Below are positions 18,540 to 27,111 of a stretch of 64,000 nucleotides of DNA, piece after piece (the first letter of the stretch is position 1; every line of letters begins with the position of its first letter). The notes beneath the pieces are model-generated. The model searched no databases. It saw nothing but the letters and a program-made list of their open reading frames with translations, and was not told the DNA's origin. Where the stretch lies: positions 1-64,000 of the IMG/VR virus record IMGVR_UViG_3300014205_006828, one strand, 5' to 3'. Both the position numbers and the translations under genes were made by a program. This stretch comes from a virus (taxonomy: Duplodnaviria; Heunggongvirae; Uroviricota; Caudoviricetes).

Positions 18540-20207
18540 ATGAAGAGACTATCGCGGTGGGCGATTGCTGGCATTGGGCTCGTTGCAGTGTGGTTCACAA
18601 TCCCGCTGGGCCTGTCCGCCTACGTCAATCGAAAGTACGCACCAGACATCCACGTAGGACTCATCAGCATCGTTGGAATTGACTGTGCTCGGGTCCGCAA
18701 TGTCCAAATTTCTAAACCAACAGTCAATGGGGTCATCAACTCTGCTGTGGTTTGCTATCGCGGAAAGACTGTTGACATCAATGGTGGCAAGCTAAATGTC
18801 ACAATAGAGAAATCTTCTGGTAAAAAATCAGATGGAGATCCTACTCATGGATTTGCCATTACCGCTAAAGGTCTTGATGTCCATCTTTCCAAAGGTGATA
18901 TTTCGGCTGATATATCTGGTGCAACGATAAACCAGAATACAGTATGTGCCGGTAAGGTAATTTTCTTTCATCCAAAAGCAGACGCCGTAGTTTTCAATCC
19001 ATGCTTTGATCGAAAATCTCATAGCGTGATGGCGTCTAATGGGACAATATCTCCAAAGATCGAAGTTAAAGGACATAAGGTTGAGGAAATTTCCTTTACT
19101 AGTCTCTTCAAAGCTACAAAGACAGAGGTGTCTGTTGGGGAGATAAAGTACGAAGATACTGTTGCGTCAAACATCTACGCAATACGCCAGAATGATTTTG
19201 TATCGCTGAGCATTGGATCTCTTGCGGCATCTCACAAGAGATTGTTCAGCCGCCCTTTGACTATCAGAAATATCACGATAACAAACATATCTGTAGCAGA
19301 TCCTTTATTAAGTAAAGCTATGATAATTGTTGGGGATAAGGTTACTTTTATTGCCGATATCGATAAGAAGAGGATGTCTGGTAAGTATGCTTGCCAAAGC
19401 TGGCTTGATGTTGTTCCAGAAGAGCTGAAGATTGGCCCAATTTCACAGATGCGTATCAAGGGAACGTTTGGGTTTGATCTTCAACTCAGCCCAATATCCC
19501 TGAAGATCAATAGCAACTGCAGTATCGATGGACCGGTGCCGCAGTTCATCGCCGATCTGCGGGAGCCCTTCAAATACACCGCGTATCACCCAGATGGTAC
19601 CCCGTTCGAGAGAACGTCAGGGCCTGGAACAAATGACTGGATTCCGTTGGATTTCGTGGATAACATGGCCACAGCGCTAACGATTACGGAAGACCCTGGA
19701 TTTTGGCACCATCGTGGTATAATCCCTCAGGCTCTAGAGAACTCTCTCAAGGACAATATGCGCCTCGGAAAGTTCTTTAGGGGCGGCAGCACTATAACGA
19801 TGCAGCTCGCCAAAAACCTCTGGTTGACCCGCAATAAGTCTCTGGGTCGCAAGTTGCAAGAAGGCATTCTCACCATAGCTCTTGAGAGTGGACTTTCCAA
19901 AGAGAAAATTCTTGAACTGTATTTGAACGTTGTGGAGTTTGGACCAAACACTTATGGCATTGGCCCTGGGTGCGCTAAATTCCTCAAGAAATATCCCGGA
20001 GAGATTAATATCTCCGAAGCTCTATACATGGCAACTAGATTACCATCACCTAATAAAGCCCATTCATACGAAGCTAATAAAGGATTCATAAAAAAGCTTA
20101 TAGCTATTGGAGTGTCTTCCGGCAAGATTTCAGAGGATGAATTGGCCACTGAACTCCAAGCTGAGCAAGCTCAAGAGATAGATGAATCTGAAGATGAAGA
20201 TGATTAA
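18540..20207 (+). CDS. Membrane-anchored protein with a C-terminal family-51 peptidoglycan glycosyltransferase (transglycosylase) domain
   Basis: N-terminal TM. C-terminal TITEDPGFWHHRGI..., FFRGGSTITMQLAKNLWL and RKLQEGILTIALESGLSKEKILELYLNVVEFG match the GT51 motifs (EDxxFxxHxG; GxSTITQQ; RKxxE). The tail is acidic. Confidence 0.65.
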   Translation: MKRLSRWAIAGIGLVAVWFTIPLGLSAYVNRKYAPDIHVGLISIVGIDCARVRNVQISKPTVNGVINSAVVCYRGKTVDINGGKLNVTIEKSSGKKSDGDPTHGFAITAKGLDVHLSKGDISADISGATINQNTVCAGKVIFFHPKADAVVFNPCFDRKSHSVMASNGTISPKIEVKGHKVEEISFTSLFKATKTEVSVGEIKYEDTVASNIYAIRQNDFVSLSIGSLAASHKRLFSRPLTIRNITITNISVADPLLSKAMIIVGDKVTFIADIDKKRMSGKYACQSWLDVVPEELKIGPISQMRIKGTFGFDLQLSPISLKINSNCSIDGPVPQFIADLREPFKYTAYHPDGTPFERTSGPGTNDWIPLDFVDNMATALTITEDPGFWHHRGIIPQALENSLKDNMRLGKFFRGGSTITMQLAKNLWLTRNKSLGRKLQEGILTIALESGLSKEKILELYLNVVEFGPNTYGIGPGCAKFLKKYPGEINISEALYMATRLPSPNKAHSYEANKGFIKKLIAIGVSSGKISEDELATELQAEQAQEIDESEDEDD

Positions 20208-20238
20208 TTGATTTATGTGATGTACTATTGGAGATAAT

Positions 20239-20679
20239 ATGAACACCAGCGATTTAACTGTCAGCATCCCACTTCACTCTCAAACAGATCTGATCACCAA
20301 CTCTTCCACTACAATCTACACCTACAGCGATGCTTCTCCTGCTGCGTGTCGAGAAATGATCGAGGCCATATTCAAAGCCTTCGAAATCGACAAGAAGTGC
20401 GATGACGTCTTCCATATCGTTTTGATGATGGAGAATGAAGAGAACTACGAATACTGGTTAGAGGATCAAGGTCACGACATTGAAGGGGACCTTAGCGAAC
20501 TACTTAATAAGGTTCGTAGTGGTAAGGTTGAGAAACCAAAGTGGATGTTTGATGCCGAAAAGTCTCGTCATCAAGGCACCGTACTCCATATCTCAGCCAA
20601 ATCCAAGAAGTACGTTGCTGTAGCTAATCTCATTAAGAAGTTCCTATATTCAACTGAGACCAAAGAAATCTATGACTAG
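20239..20679 (+). CDS. Hypothetical protein, tandem paralog 1
   Basis: DLITNSSTTIYTYSDASPAACREMIEAIFKAF..KKCDDVF is shared with the next gene. Confidence 0.5.
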   Translation: MNTSDLTVSIPLHSQTDLITNSSTTIYTYSDASPAACREMIEAIFKAFEIDKKCDDVFHIVLMMENEENYEYWLEDQGHDIEGDLSELLNKVRSGKVEKPKWMFDAEKSRHQGTVLHISAKSKKYVAVANLIKKFLYSTETKEIYD

Positions 20680-20702
20680 CAAGTGAGAGGAGAGGAATTC
20701 AA

Positions 20703-21248
20703 ATGATCACAATACAGTTTCATTCAATTACAGATCTTATAACAAACTCATCCACAACCCTCTTCACCTATAGCGATGCATCCCCGCAGGCTTGTGAGGA
20801 GATGATTGACGAAATCTTCAAAACACTCGGCGTTGATAAGAAGTGCAGCGATGTCTTCCGACTCACTGTCTTAGCCGAAGACTCCTACACCTACACTGAG
20901 TGGAAAGATCGTCAAGCAGAAGCGGAAGATGATGATGACGACCTCGATGAAGACGAGGATGATGGGGAGGAAGAAGATGAAGAAGATGAGAATGAGGATG
21001 AGGATGAGGATGAGGATGAGGATGAGGATGAGGAGGTAAGCGACATCGATAAACTGATCGAGGACATCATCCAAGGACGCGCTGAGAAGCCAAATTGGAT
21101 GACGGAAGCAGAGCAAGACGAAAGCGATGAGGGTTACACCCCAAGTACCAAACTTTACATCGTAGCCAAATCTCCAAAGTTCGAGAAGTTGGCGGAGCTG
21201 ATTGTCAACTTCCTATATTCCACCCACACAGATACTGGGGCTGATTGA
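20703..21248 (+). CDS. Hypothetical protein, tandem paralog 2, with an inserted acidic (D/E) low-complexity tract
   Basis: DLITNSSTTLFTYSDASPQACEEMIDEIFKTL..KKCSDVF. It contains a (GAGGAT)n-encoded ED repeat. Confidence 0.5.
   Translation: MITIQFHSITDLITNSSTTLFTYSDASPQACEEMIDEIFKTLGVDKKCSDVFRLTVLAEDSYTYTEWKDRQAEAEDDDDDLDEDEDDGEEEDEEDENEDEDEDEDEDEDEEVSDIDKLIEDIIQGRAEKPNWMTEAEQDESDEGYTPSTKLYIVAKSPKFEKLAELIVNFLYSTHTDTGAD
20992..21039 (+). repeat. Hexanucleotide microsatellite (GAGGAT)x7-8 inside CDS 20703-21248
   Basis: gaggatgaggatgaggatgaggatgaggatgaggatgagga encodes (ED)n. Confidence 0.8.
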
Positions 21249-21255
21249 TAGCTTT

Positions 21256-22119
21256 ATGCTTCAAACCAGAACATTCCCGGAACATAATTACCGAGCGCTG
21301 CACTTCAATGGGAAGACAGTACGTATAGCGATCGATCCTACCAAACCAATTACCGAGCTGGCATATCCGGAGTTCTACGACGTCAAGGTCACTTCGTATT
21401 GCAAAGGGAACTGTCCATACTGCTACCAAAGCAGCGTGCCCAGCGCCAAGCACACATCCGGTTTGGTTACGAGGTTTCGGGCGTTCTTCGATGGGTTCTC
21501 CCGCAACCAGATGCCATTCCAAATCGCCTTTGGAGGCGGGGAGCCCACCAGCCACCCAGAGTTCGCAGACCTGATGCGGGCCAGCGTGGATTTGGGAGTG
21601 GTCCCAAACTACACCACCAACGGCATGTGGGTTGACGATGCTGGCAAGGCACTGACCATCCTAGCCACCACGAAAGAGCTGTGCGGAGGTGTTGCTGTCT
21701 CAACTCATCAACACCTTGAGCGGCAATGGAGAGATGCTACCAATCTCTACTTGGAGAATGGTATTCATACCAATCTTCATATGATAATTGGTAACCGAGA
21801 GTCTATAGATCGGTTCTCCGAAATCTACAATGAGTTCTCTGGCAAGGTAAAGTACTTCATCTTGCTGCCGTTATCAGCTCAAGGCAGGGCAACAGAGGAG
21901 TTTTCTGATTGGGAATACCTCACATCTAAGATTGACGGATCCCCAAGAGACATCGGGTTTGGTGCGAACTTCCATCCATACCTGGTAAAAGATCATGGGC
22001 GCTTTGCTGTCAGCTTGTACGAACCAGAAAGCATGTCAGCATATCTTGATCTGGAAACCGGCAAGGTATTCAAGTCTTCGTTCTCCACTGAGGAAAGGAA
22101 GATTGGACATGCCTCTTAA
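21256..22119 (+). CDS. Radical SAM domain protein (CxxxCxxC cluster)
   Basis: YCKGNCPYCY (CX3CX2C) and a GGEP motif (FGGGEPTSHPEF). The start was moved to ATG 21256 to avoid overlap with the upstream gene. Confidence 0.55.
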   Translation: MLQTRTFPEHNYRALHFNGKTVRIAIDPTKPITELAYPEFYDVKVTSYCKGNCPYCYQSSVPSAKHTSGLVTRFRAFFDGFSRNQMPFQIAFGGGEPTSHPEFADLMRASVDLGVVPNYTTNGMWVDDAGKALTILATTKELCGGVAVSTHQHLERQWRDATNLYLENGIHTNLHMIIGNRESIDRFSEIYNEFSGKVKYFILLPLSAQGRATEEFSDWEYLTSKIDGSPRDIGFGANFHPYLVKDHGRFAVSLYEPESMSAYLDLETGKVFKSSFSTEERKIGHAS

Positions 22120-22276
22120 GAAGATAGAAGATGGTTGGAAAACCCCAAAGCAGTGTAAAGATCCTGAGCACGATCCTCCTCGCCACATCTGCTTAGAGCC
22201 AGGGACATATGAGCATACATGTCCCAAATGCGGAAATACCCAAACCTTCACTGTGCAGGGTCATTCATTAGACTAG
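22107..22276 (+). CDS. Hypothetical small zinc-ribbon protein
   Basis: CLEPGTYEHTCPKCG, with a GGAAAGGA RBS upstream of ATG 22107. Confidence 0.3.
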
Positions 22277-22290
22277 ATTGATAGGGAATC

Positions 22291-22782
22291 ATGACACCAG
22301 TGCTATTTGAGTTCAATATCCAAGGTACTCTTGAGCATGCGTTTGCGATATCGGCATTTTATCACGCAGGCATCAAAGATAAAGGCGGCCAGCCATACTT
22401 CAAGCATCCTCTTTGGATAGCCTCAGAGCTTCTATATCGTGGAGGGACTGACACAGAAATCTCTGTTGGTATACTTCACGATGTGGTTGAAGATACTCCA
22501 GTGACATTTGAGATGTTGAGGGAGTGGAGATTTTCTGAGGAAGTAATCGAAGCAGTAGATGCTTTGACACGCCGTGATGGTGAGGACCGCAATGAGTACA
22601 TCAAGAGAGTAGCTCAAAATCGTATTGCTAAGAAAATCAAGCTGCTTGACCTTCGGCACAACATGGATATCACAAGGTTGAAGAATAGAGGAAGTCTCCA
22701 AGATAAGGATCTGGAGAGAATTCGCAGCTACGCTCGTGAATATGAATTCCTGTCCGGAGGTTGTATAGGACCAATCTTCTAA
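22291..22782 (+). CDS. Small alarmone ((p)ppGpp) hydrolase, HD domain (SpoT/Mesh1-like)
   Basis: GQPYFKHPLWIASEL...ISVGILHDVVEDT...EVIEAVDALTR...KKIKLLDLRHNM matches the RelA/SpoT hydrolase HD signature (EPYI.HPL.VA ... LLHDVIEDT ... KLADRLHNMRT). Confidence 0.65.
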   Translation: MTPVLFEFNIQGTLEHAFAISAFYHAGIKDKGGQPYFKHPLWIASELLYRGGTDTEISVGILHDVVEDTPVTFEMLREWRFSEEVIEAVDALTRRDGEDRNEYIKRVAQNRIAKKIKLLDLRHNMDITRLKNRGSLQDKDLERIRSYAREYEFLSGGCIGPIF

Positions 22783-23192
22783 TGTCCATGAACCTTAGCG
22801 TATATGCCAAAGGAGATATTACCACTCCAAATGGCAATAAGAGATATCATAGGGAGAGTGGCCCTCTGCTTTCTCAAACCAGATCTGATGATTCGTACGA
22901 GATCTATGGGTGTGTTGATAACAAAACCAAATACGCGCTGTACAAGCAACTGTATGGCGACCCAGGTGGAATCCTAAAGAAGTGGCTCCTCTCCATGGAA
23001 TTGGATGGATTCGAAATAGTCTGGGAGGTACATTGATATGGAAACTTGCGATGATAAAGATCTACTAATAAGAAGAATGGTAACTAAAAACTATTCTTTG
23101 ATAAAGACACTGCATAAAACCAGAAACATAAACTGGTTATTGAAAGCTTCATTACTAGTTTCGTTTGTCGCAATTGCCTTCATGGCAACCAG

Positions 23193-23723
23193 GTGAGCAT
23201 ACGAAGCATCTACGAGAGCATCGGAGTTGAGGCCTTCTACTCCGGCGTGATGCGGTACGAGAACCCCCACGCCCGCGAGGTTGATGCGCTGATCCGAGCC
23301 CACCACCTAGCGCTGCCATTGGAAAACGTCCTGGACCTGGCCTGCGGGAATGGGCTCGTTACCAGCTCGCTTCAGGCTTTGGGGCATTTTGACGTAATTG
23401 GGCTTGACCCGTTTCGGAGCGAAGAGTACACTGCTCGCACTGGGCGTCCATCATATAGGATGTCCTTTAAGGATATAGTCAATGACGGCCTGCCACATGA
23501 TTTCTCTTGCATAATTTGCAGTTTCGCAATGCATCTGTGCCAACAGAGTATGTTGCCAGACTTGCTTTGGAGATTGTCAGAGAGATCAAATACCCTTGTG
23601 GTAATATCGCCAACGAAGTTTCCGATCATTGGAAAACCTGTGGTCGAGGACGTCTGTTGGACGGCCAATAATAAGAGGATACAGTTTCGAAGATACAATC
23701 TACCACTATTTCCGAATAGTTGA
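23193..23723 (+). CDS. Class I SAM-dependent methyltransferase
   Basis: VLDLACGNGLVTSSL is motif I (hhDLGCGxG), followed by FDVIGLDPF. Confidence 0.5.
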   Translation: MSIRSIYESIGVEAFYSGVMRYENPHAREVDALIRAHHLALPLENVLDLACGNGLVTSSLQALGHFDVIGLDPFRSEEYTARTGRPSYRMSFKDIVNDGLPHDFSCIICSFAMHLCQQSMLPDLLWRLSERSNTLVVISPTKFPIIGKPVVEDVCWTANNKRIQFRRYNLPLFPNS

Positions 23724-23792
23724 TTGATACGGGACCGTGGTGAAGAGGGATCACGCAACACTGGCATAATGCTCAATGTCATGGCAACATGC

Positions 23793-23865
23793 GCCCCAAT
23801 AGCTCAACGGATAGAGCAACAGGTTTCTAACCTGTAGGCTTCAGGTTCGAATCCTGATTGGGGTA
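23793..23865 (+). tRNA. tRNA-Arg (anticodon TCT)
   Basis: Acceptor GCCCCAA/TTGGGGT, D-stem GCTC/GAGC, anticodon stem ACAGG/CCTGT with loop TTTCTAA, T-arm TCAGG-TTCGAAT-CCTGA. Confidence 0.75.
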
Positions 23866-23876
23866 CTAGGTAAGAT

Positions 23877-24368
23877 ATGATCACTTACGAAACCGCATTA
23901 GCTAACCAAGAAAAGGCGGCTGCAGCATACTCCAAAGCTTCAGCTAAATTGCAGGAAGCAAATAAGGTTCTTGAAGAAGCAAAGCGTCATTTGACAATCG
24001 AATGCATTTGCGGACACGAAACTAAAGTTAGTGATATAGAACTAATTGTAAAGAAGTTTGGCGGATACCAAGATTGTGATAACTGGAATTATTCAACCCG
24101 CTCCATGTGGGTTTGCCCAAGCTGTAAAGATGTTTTCGAACCGCCAGAAGATAAAGGACCATTCATTAGAGGTTTTGATAAGTACGTCAAAGTAGTTCAC
24201 GAGTGGTATTCGGATTCGCAGCGCTGTCATGGGCGCGTGCTAGATCTTCTTGCGCCTTATTTCAAGAAAGAAGAAGAACAAAAAGCAAAGGCGGATCATG
24301 AAAGAAAAGTTCGAGAAGCAAGAAAATTACTTGCACAAGAAGATAATACAGGTAATACTACAGCATAG
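23877..24368 (+). CDS. Hypothetical coiled-coil / zinc-finger protein
   Basis: 163 aa. CICGHETK...CPSCKD, with a lysine/glutamate-rich C-terminus. Confidence 0.4.
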   Translation: MITYETALANQEKAAAAYSKASAKLQEANKVLEEAKRHLTIECICGHETKVSDIELIVKKFGGYQDCDNWNYSTRSMWVCPSCKDVFEPPEDKGPFIRGFDKYVKVVHEWYSDSQRCHGRVLDLLAPYFKKEEEQKAKADHERKVREARKLLAQEDNTGNTTA

Positions 24369-24377
24369 ATTTGATAT

Positions 24378-24453
24378 GGCGGTGTGGGCTTATGGTGTCC
24401 CAGCAATCCTCATAAGGTTGCCCATGTGAGTTCGATTCTCATTGCCGCTACCA
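24378..24453 (+). tRNA. tRNA with anticodon CAT (Met/Ile2), with encoded CCA
   Basis: Acceptor GGCGGTG/TGCCGCT (three G-U pairs), anticodon stem CAATC/GGTTG with loop CTCATAA, T-arm GTGAG-TTCGATT-CTCAT, followed by ACCA. Confidence 0.5.
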
Positions 24454-24524
24454 AATGTTTACTTCCCAGCACATCAGCCTAACGATCACACGCGAGCCGC
24501 TAACGGCGGCGTGTAAGGATAGTT

Positions 24525-25631
24525 ATGGCGCATCACAAACGGCGAAAGCCGCCTAATTCCAGAGCTGGATGTTTTCTTTGTCATCCACATAAAATTACTG
24601 GATGTAAATTGAAAAACAAATATAAGCCATCAGATAGAAGGAAAATGATAGGATGGCAAAATTTCAAACCAACAATTCAAAACTAATTTGTTCATTTGAT
24701 GGATGTGGCAGAAAAGTTCTTTCAAAAGGTTGGTGCAGTGCTCACTACAAGCAGGTTGTAGTTGGTAAAAAGATCCTAAATCAATCATAGTATATTTACC
24801 AATTGGGCAAAGGCTCTATTCAAATATAGAGATATCAAATGGATGTTGGTTGTGGAAAGGGTCAGTAAATAACAAAGGATATGGAGTTATAGGTAGTGAT
24901 AATCTGGTATGAATGACCGAGATGGTTTGTTAACTCAGACGTCTCGCACGGGGCCATCGTCCAATGGGAGGACTTCAGACCTGCAATCTGAAAATGAGAG
25001 TTCGACTCTCTCTGGTTCCACTTCGGGGCTGTGTATAGGGATACAGATTTCCCTTGCAAGGAAATTCTCGACGGCTTCACAATTAGAAGTCGAGAGTCAG
25101 ATTATCTATACCACCACAAAGGTGCATAATTTTACATGTAAACACTGCCATAAAGAATTTGAATCCCCAGAAAAAGATCGAACTTTTTGCTCATTAAGCT
25201 GTTCAAGCAAATACAATAATACTGGAATTATAAGAAGCAGACCATTCGAGTGAATCAACTGTGGAGATAAATTCCGACGCACAAATACTCGCGGAAAGAA
25301 ATATTGCCCCAAATGTATACAAAACAAAATACACATCACAGACAGAAGAGTAAAAGATCTTTCAAAAGCCAGATGTGATAGAACACGCAAAAAGATACTA
25401 ATAGATACTAATGGAGAAAAATGTTCTGTATGTTCCAATGATAGTTGGTTGGGTAATAAAATTCCACTAGATATAGATCATGTTGATGGAAATTCTGAAA
25501 ACAATACTGAAACAAATCTAAGATTGATTTGTCCAAATTGTCACGCTCTAACCAAGACATATAAAGGCAAAAACAAAGGAAACGGAAGATATAACAGACG
25601 TAGTAGATACAACAAAGGATTGTCTTATTAA
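24525..25631 (+). pseudogene. Fragmented HNH homing-endonuclease remnants interleaved with tRNA genes
   Basis: Short ORFs in different frames carry HNH pieces: CFLCHPHK, GCGRKVLSKGWCSAHYKQ, SNGCWLWKGSVNNKGYGVIG, and an intact-looking core DIDHVDGNSENNTETNLRLICPNCHALT (25449-25631). Confidence 0.45.
24950..25020 (+). tRNA. tRNA-Ala (anticodon TGC), G3:U70 present
   Basis: Acceptor GGGGCCA/TGGTTCC with a G3-U70 wobble (the Ala identity element). D-stem GTCC/GGAC, anticodon stem TCAGA/TCTGA with loop CCTGCAA (C at position 33), T-arm GAGAG-TTCGACT-CTCTC. Confidence 0.6.
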
Positions 25632-25633
25632 TG

Positions 25634-25705
25634 CTGATTTAGTTGTAATGGTAGCACACTTGGCCTGTACCCATGTAGTATCAGTTCGAATCTGGTAATC
25701 AGCTC
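25634..25705 (+). tRNA. tRNA-like, probably tRNA-Thr (TGT). Weak D-stem and a C at position 33
   Basis: Acceptor GCTGATT/AATCAGC is perfect. Anticodon stem CTTGG/CCATG has one mismatch, loop CCTGTAC, T-arm ATCAG-TTCGAAT-CTGGT. Confidence 0.4.
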
Positions 25706-25720
25706 TACTCGCTAACTTGG

Positions 25721-25790
25721 TGTAACGGCAGCATGCTTGTTTCGTAATCAAGAGGCCCAGTTCAACTCTGGTAGTTAGCTCTAGTGAATG
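25721..25790 (+). tRNA. tRNA-Thr (anticodon CGT), compact
   Basis: Acceptor GCTAACT/AGTTAGC is perfect. Anticodon stem CTTG(T)/(T)CAAG with loop TTCGTAA, T-arm CCCAG-TTCAACT-CTGGT with one mismatch. Confidence 0.5.
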
Positions 25791-26059
25791 AAGTATTCTC
25801 CATAATCGGCATAATCGGCGCAATATGTTTCGCGTTATCCGGACTTCCTCAAGCTATCAAGTCCTGGAAGGATGGCCATTCTAGAGGGATTGCCACCGCA
25901 ACGGTTTGGTTATGGTTGGTTGGAGAGGCTGCAACACTTGCGTATACTTATCATAAATATCCAGATGATTACATTTTGATATTGAATTATCTCAGCAACG
26001 TAATTCTTGTAGGGATAGTCTTCAAATACAAATACTGGGCAAGGAATATCAACGAATAA
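25784..26059 (+). CDS. Small PQ-loop / SemiSWEET-like 3-TM membrane protein
   Basis: 91 aa. ICFALSGLPQAIKSWK has a PQ motif in the first TM helix. Three hydrophobic segments are in the SemiSWEET size range. Confidence 0.45.
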   Translation: MNEVFSIIGIIGAICFALSGLPQAIKSWKDGHSRGIATATVWLWLVGEAATLAYTYHKYPDDYILILNYLSNVILVGIVFKYKYWARNINE

Positions 26060-26113
26060 TTTAGCATATTCATAGGAGTAATCAAGTCGCACTCCTCAAT
26101 AATGAGGTGACAA

Positions 26114-26317
26114 ATGGTTACGATTAGAGAGGCAATAGTTCAGGTAGTTGCGGAGAAACTTCGGGAATATTACCTTCGTGGAATTAGAGATGCCCGCGTT
26201 GAAGCAGATGAAAATTCAATGCCAAGCATCCTTGAAGAGTTCGACGCTGGAGAGTTTGAAGATGCATGCGAACAACATGTATGGCTTAAAATAGCAGAGA
26301 ACATCATAGATATGTAA
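26114..26317 (+). CDS. Hypothetical small acidic protein
   Basis: 67-aa ORF. Confidence 0.3.
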   Translation: MVTIREAIVQVVAEKLREYYLRGIRDARVEADENSMPSILEEFDAGEFEDACEQHVWLKIAENIIDM

Positions 26318-26321
26318 ACAT

Positions 26322-26394
26322 GCCGATAGAGTTTGCTAGGGTGAACGCAACTTTGGTAAAGTTGAGGTGGTCAGTTCGAATCTGACTTTCGGCT
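26322..26394 (+). tRNA. tRNA-Thr (anticodon GGT)
   Basis: Acceptor GCCGATA/TTTCGGC, anticodon stem CAACT/AGTTG with loop TTGGTAA, T-arm GTCAG-TTCGAAT-CTGAC is perfect. Confidence 0.65.
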
Positions 26395-26423
26395 CAAAAC
26401 TCTGCATAAAAACGCAGAGAAGT

Positions 26424-27110
26424 ATGGTTTCAAAAATTTCTATCGTCGGGGTTGATGATAGTGTATGTCCCCAAGATCTAGCTGATATTTCACAGACCTT
26501 CAAGTTTGTTGAGTGGGGCATTAATCTGTACCCTGACCAAGGACAGAGGCCTGGATACCCTTCCTCAGAATGGCTTGAAGAACTGCTGCAATACTCTGAC
26601 GACCTCCAATTGAGGGGGATCTTGCACGGGCGTTGGGAAAGCGATATACTTGACGGTACGCTTTCTTTCAAAATAGAGAAGCCTGACCTTTGGAATGCAA
26701 TTGATTATGTACAGGTAGATATCCGCAATAGTCCGCGGAACATAGTTGATGTCCTTACCACATGCACAGATAAAACTTGCCGTGTAAAAAATAGGAACGG
26801 ATGTCTGCTGTGTGCTAAAAAGATCATACTACAAACCAATTACGTACCAACATTCAATGCCAATATTCTATTACCAAGAAGTGGAATGTTTTCTTTTTCT
26901 AGATATTGCGGATACTCAATACTTGAAGAGGATTTAGCATTGTTATGTACCGAAGTGAAGGAGTCTTTTTGGGTTAGCGTCGAGGGTTTCAAATCCAATA
27001 ACAATGTTACACTGGACCTATCTAGGATCACAGCATTTCTTAGCAAGGCCGAAGATTGCGTAACTCACTCTAGTCTGATGAGATACCTGCACAAGAAGAT
27101 AAGAGTATAA
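26424..27110 (+). CDS. Hypothetical protein
   Basis: The start was moved to ATG 26424 (MVSKISIVG) to clear the upstream tRNA. No family was recognised. Confidence 0.4.
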   Translation: MVSKISIVGVDDSVCPQDLADISQTFKFVEWGINLYPDQGQRPGYPSSEWLEELLQYSDDLQLRGILHGRWESDILDGTLSFKIEKPDLWNAIDYVQVDIRNSPRNIVDVLTTCTDKTCRVKNRNGCLLCAKKIILQTNYVPTFNANILLPRSGMFSFSRYCGYSILEEDLALLCTEVKESFWVSVEGFKSNNNVTLDLSRITAFLSKAEDCVTHSSLMRYLHKKIRV

Positions 27111-27111
27111 C

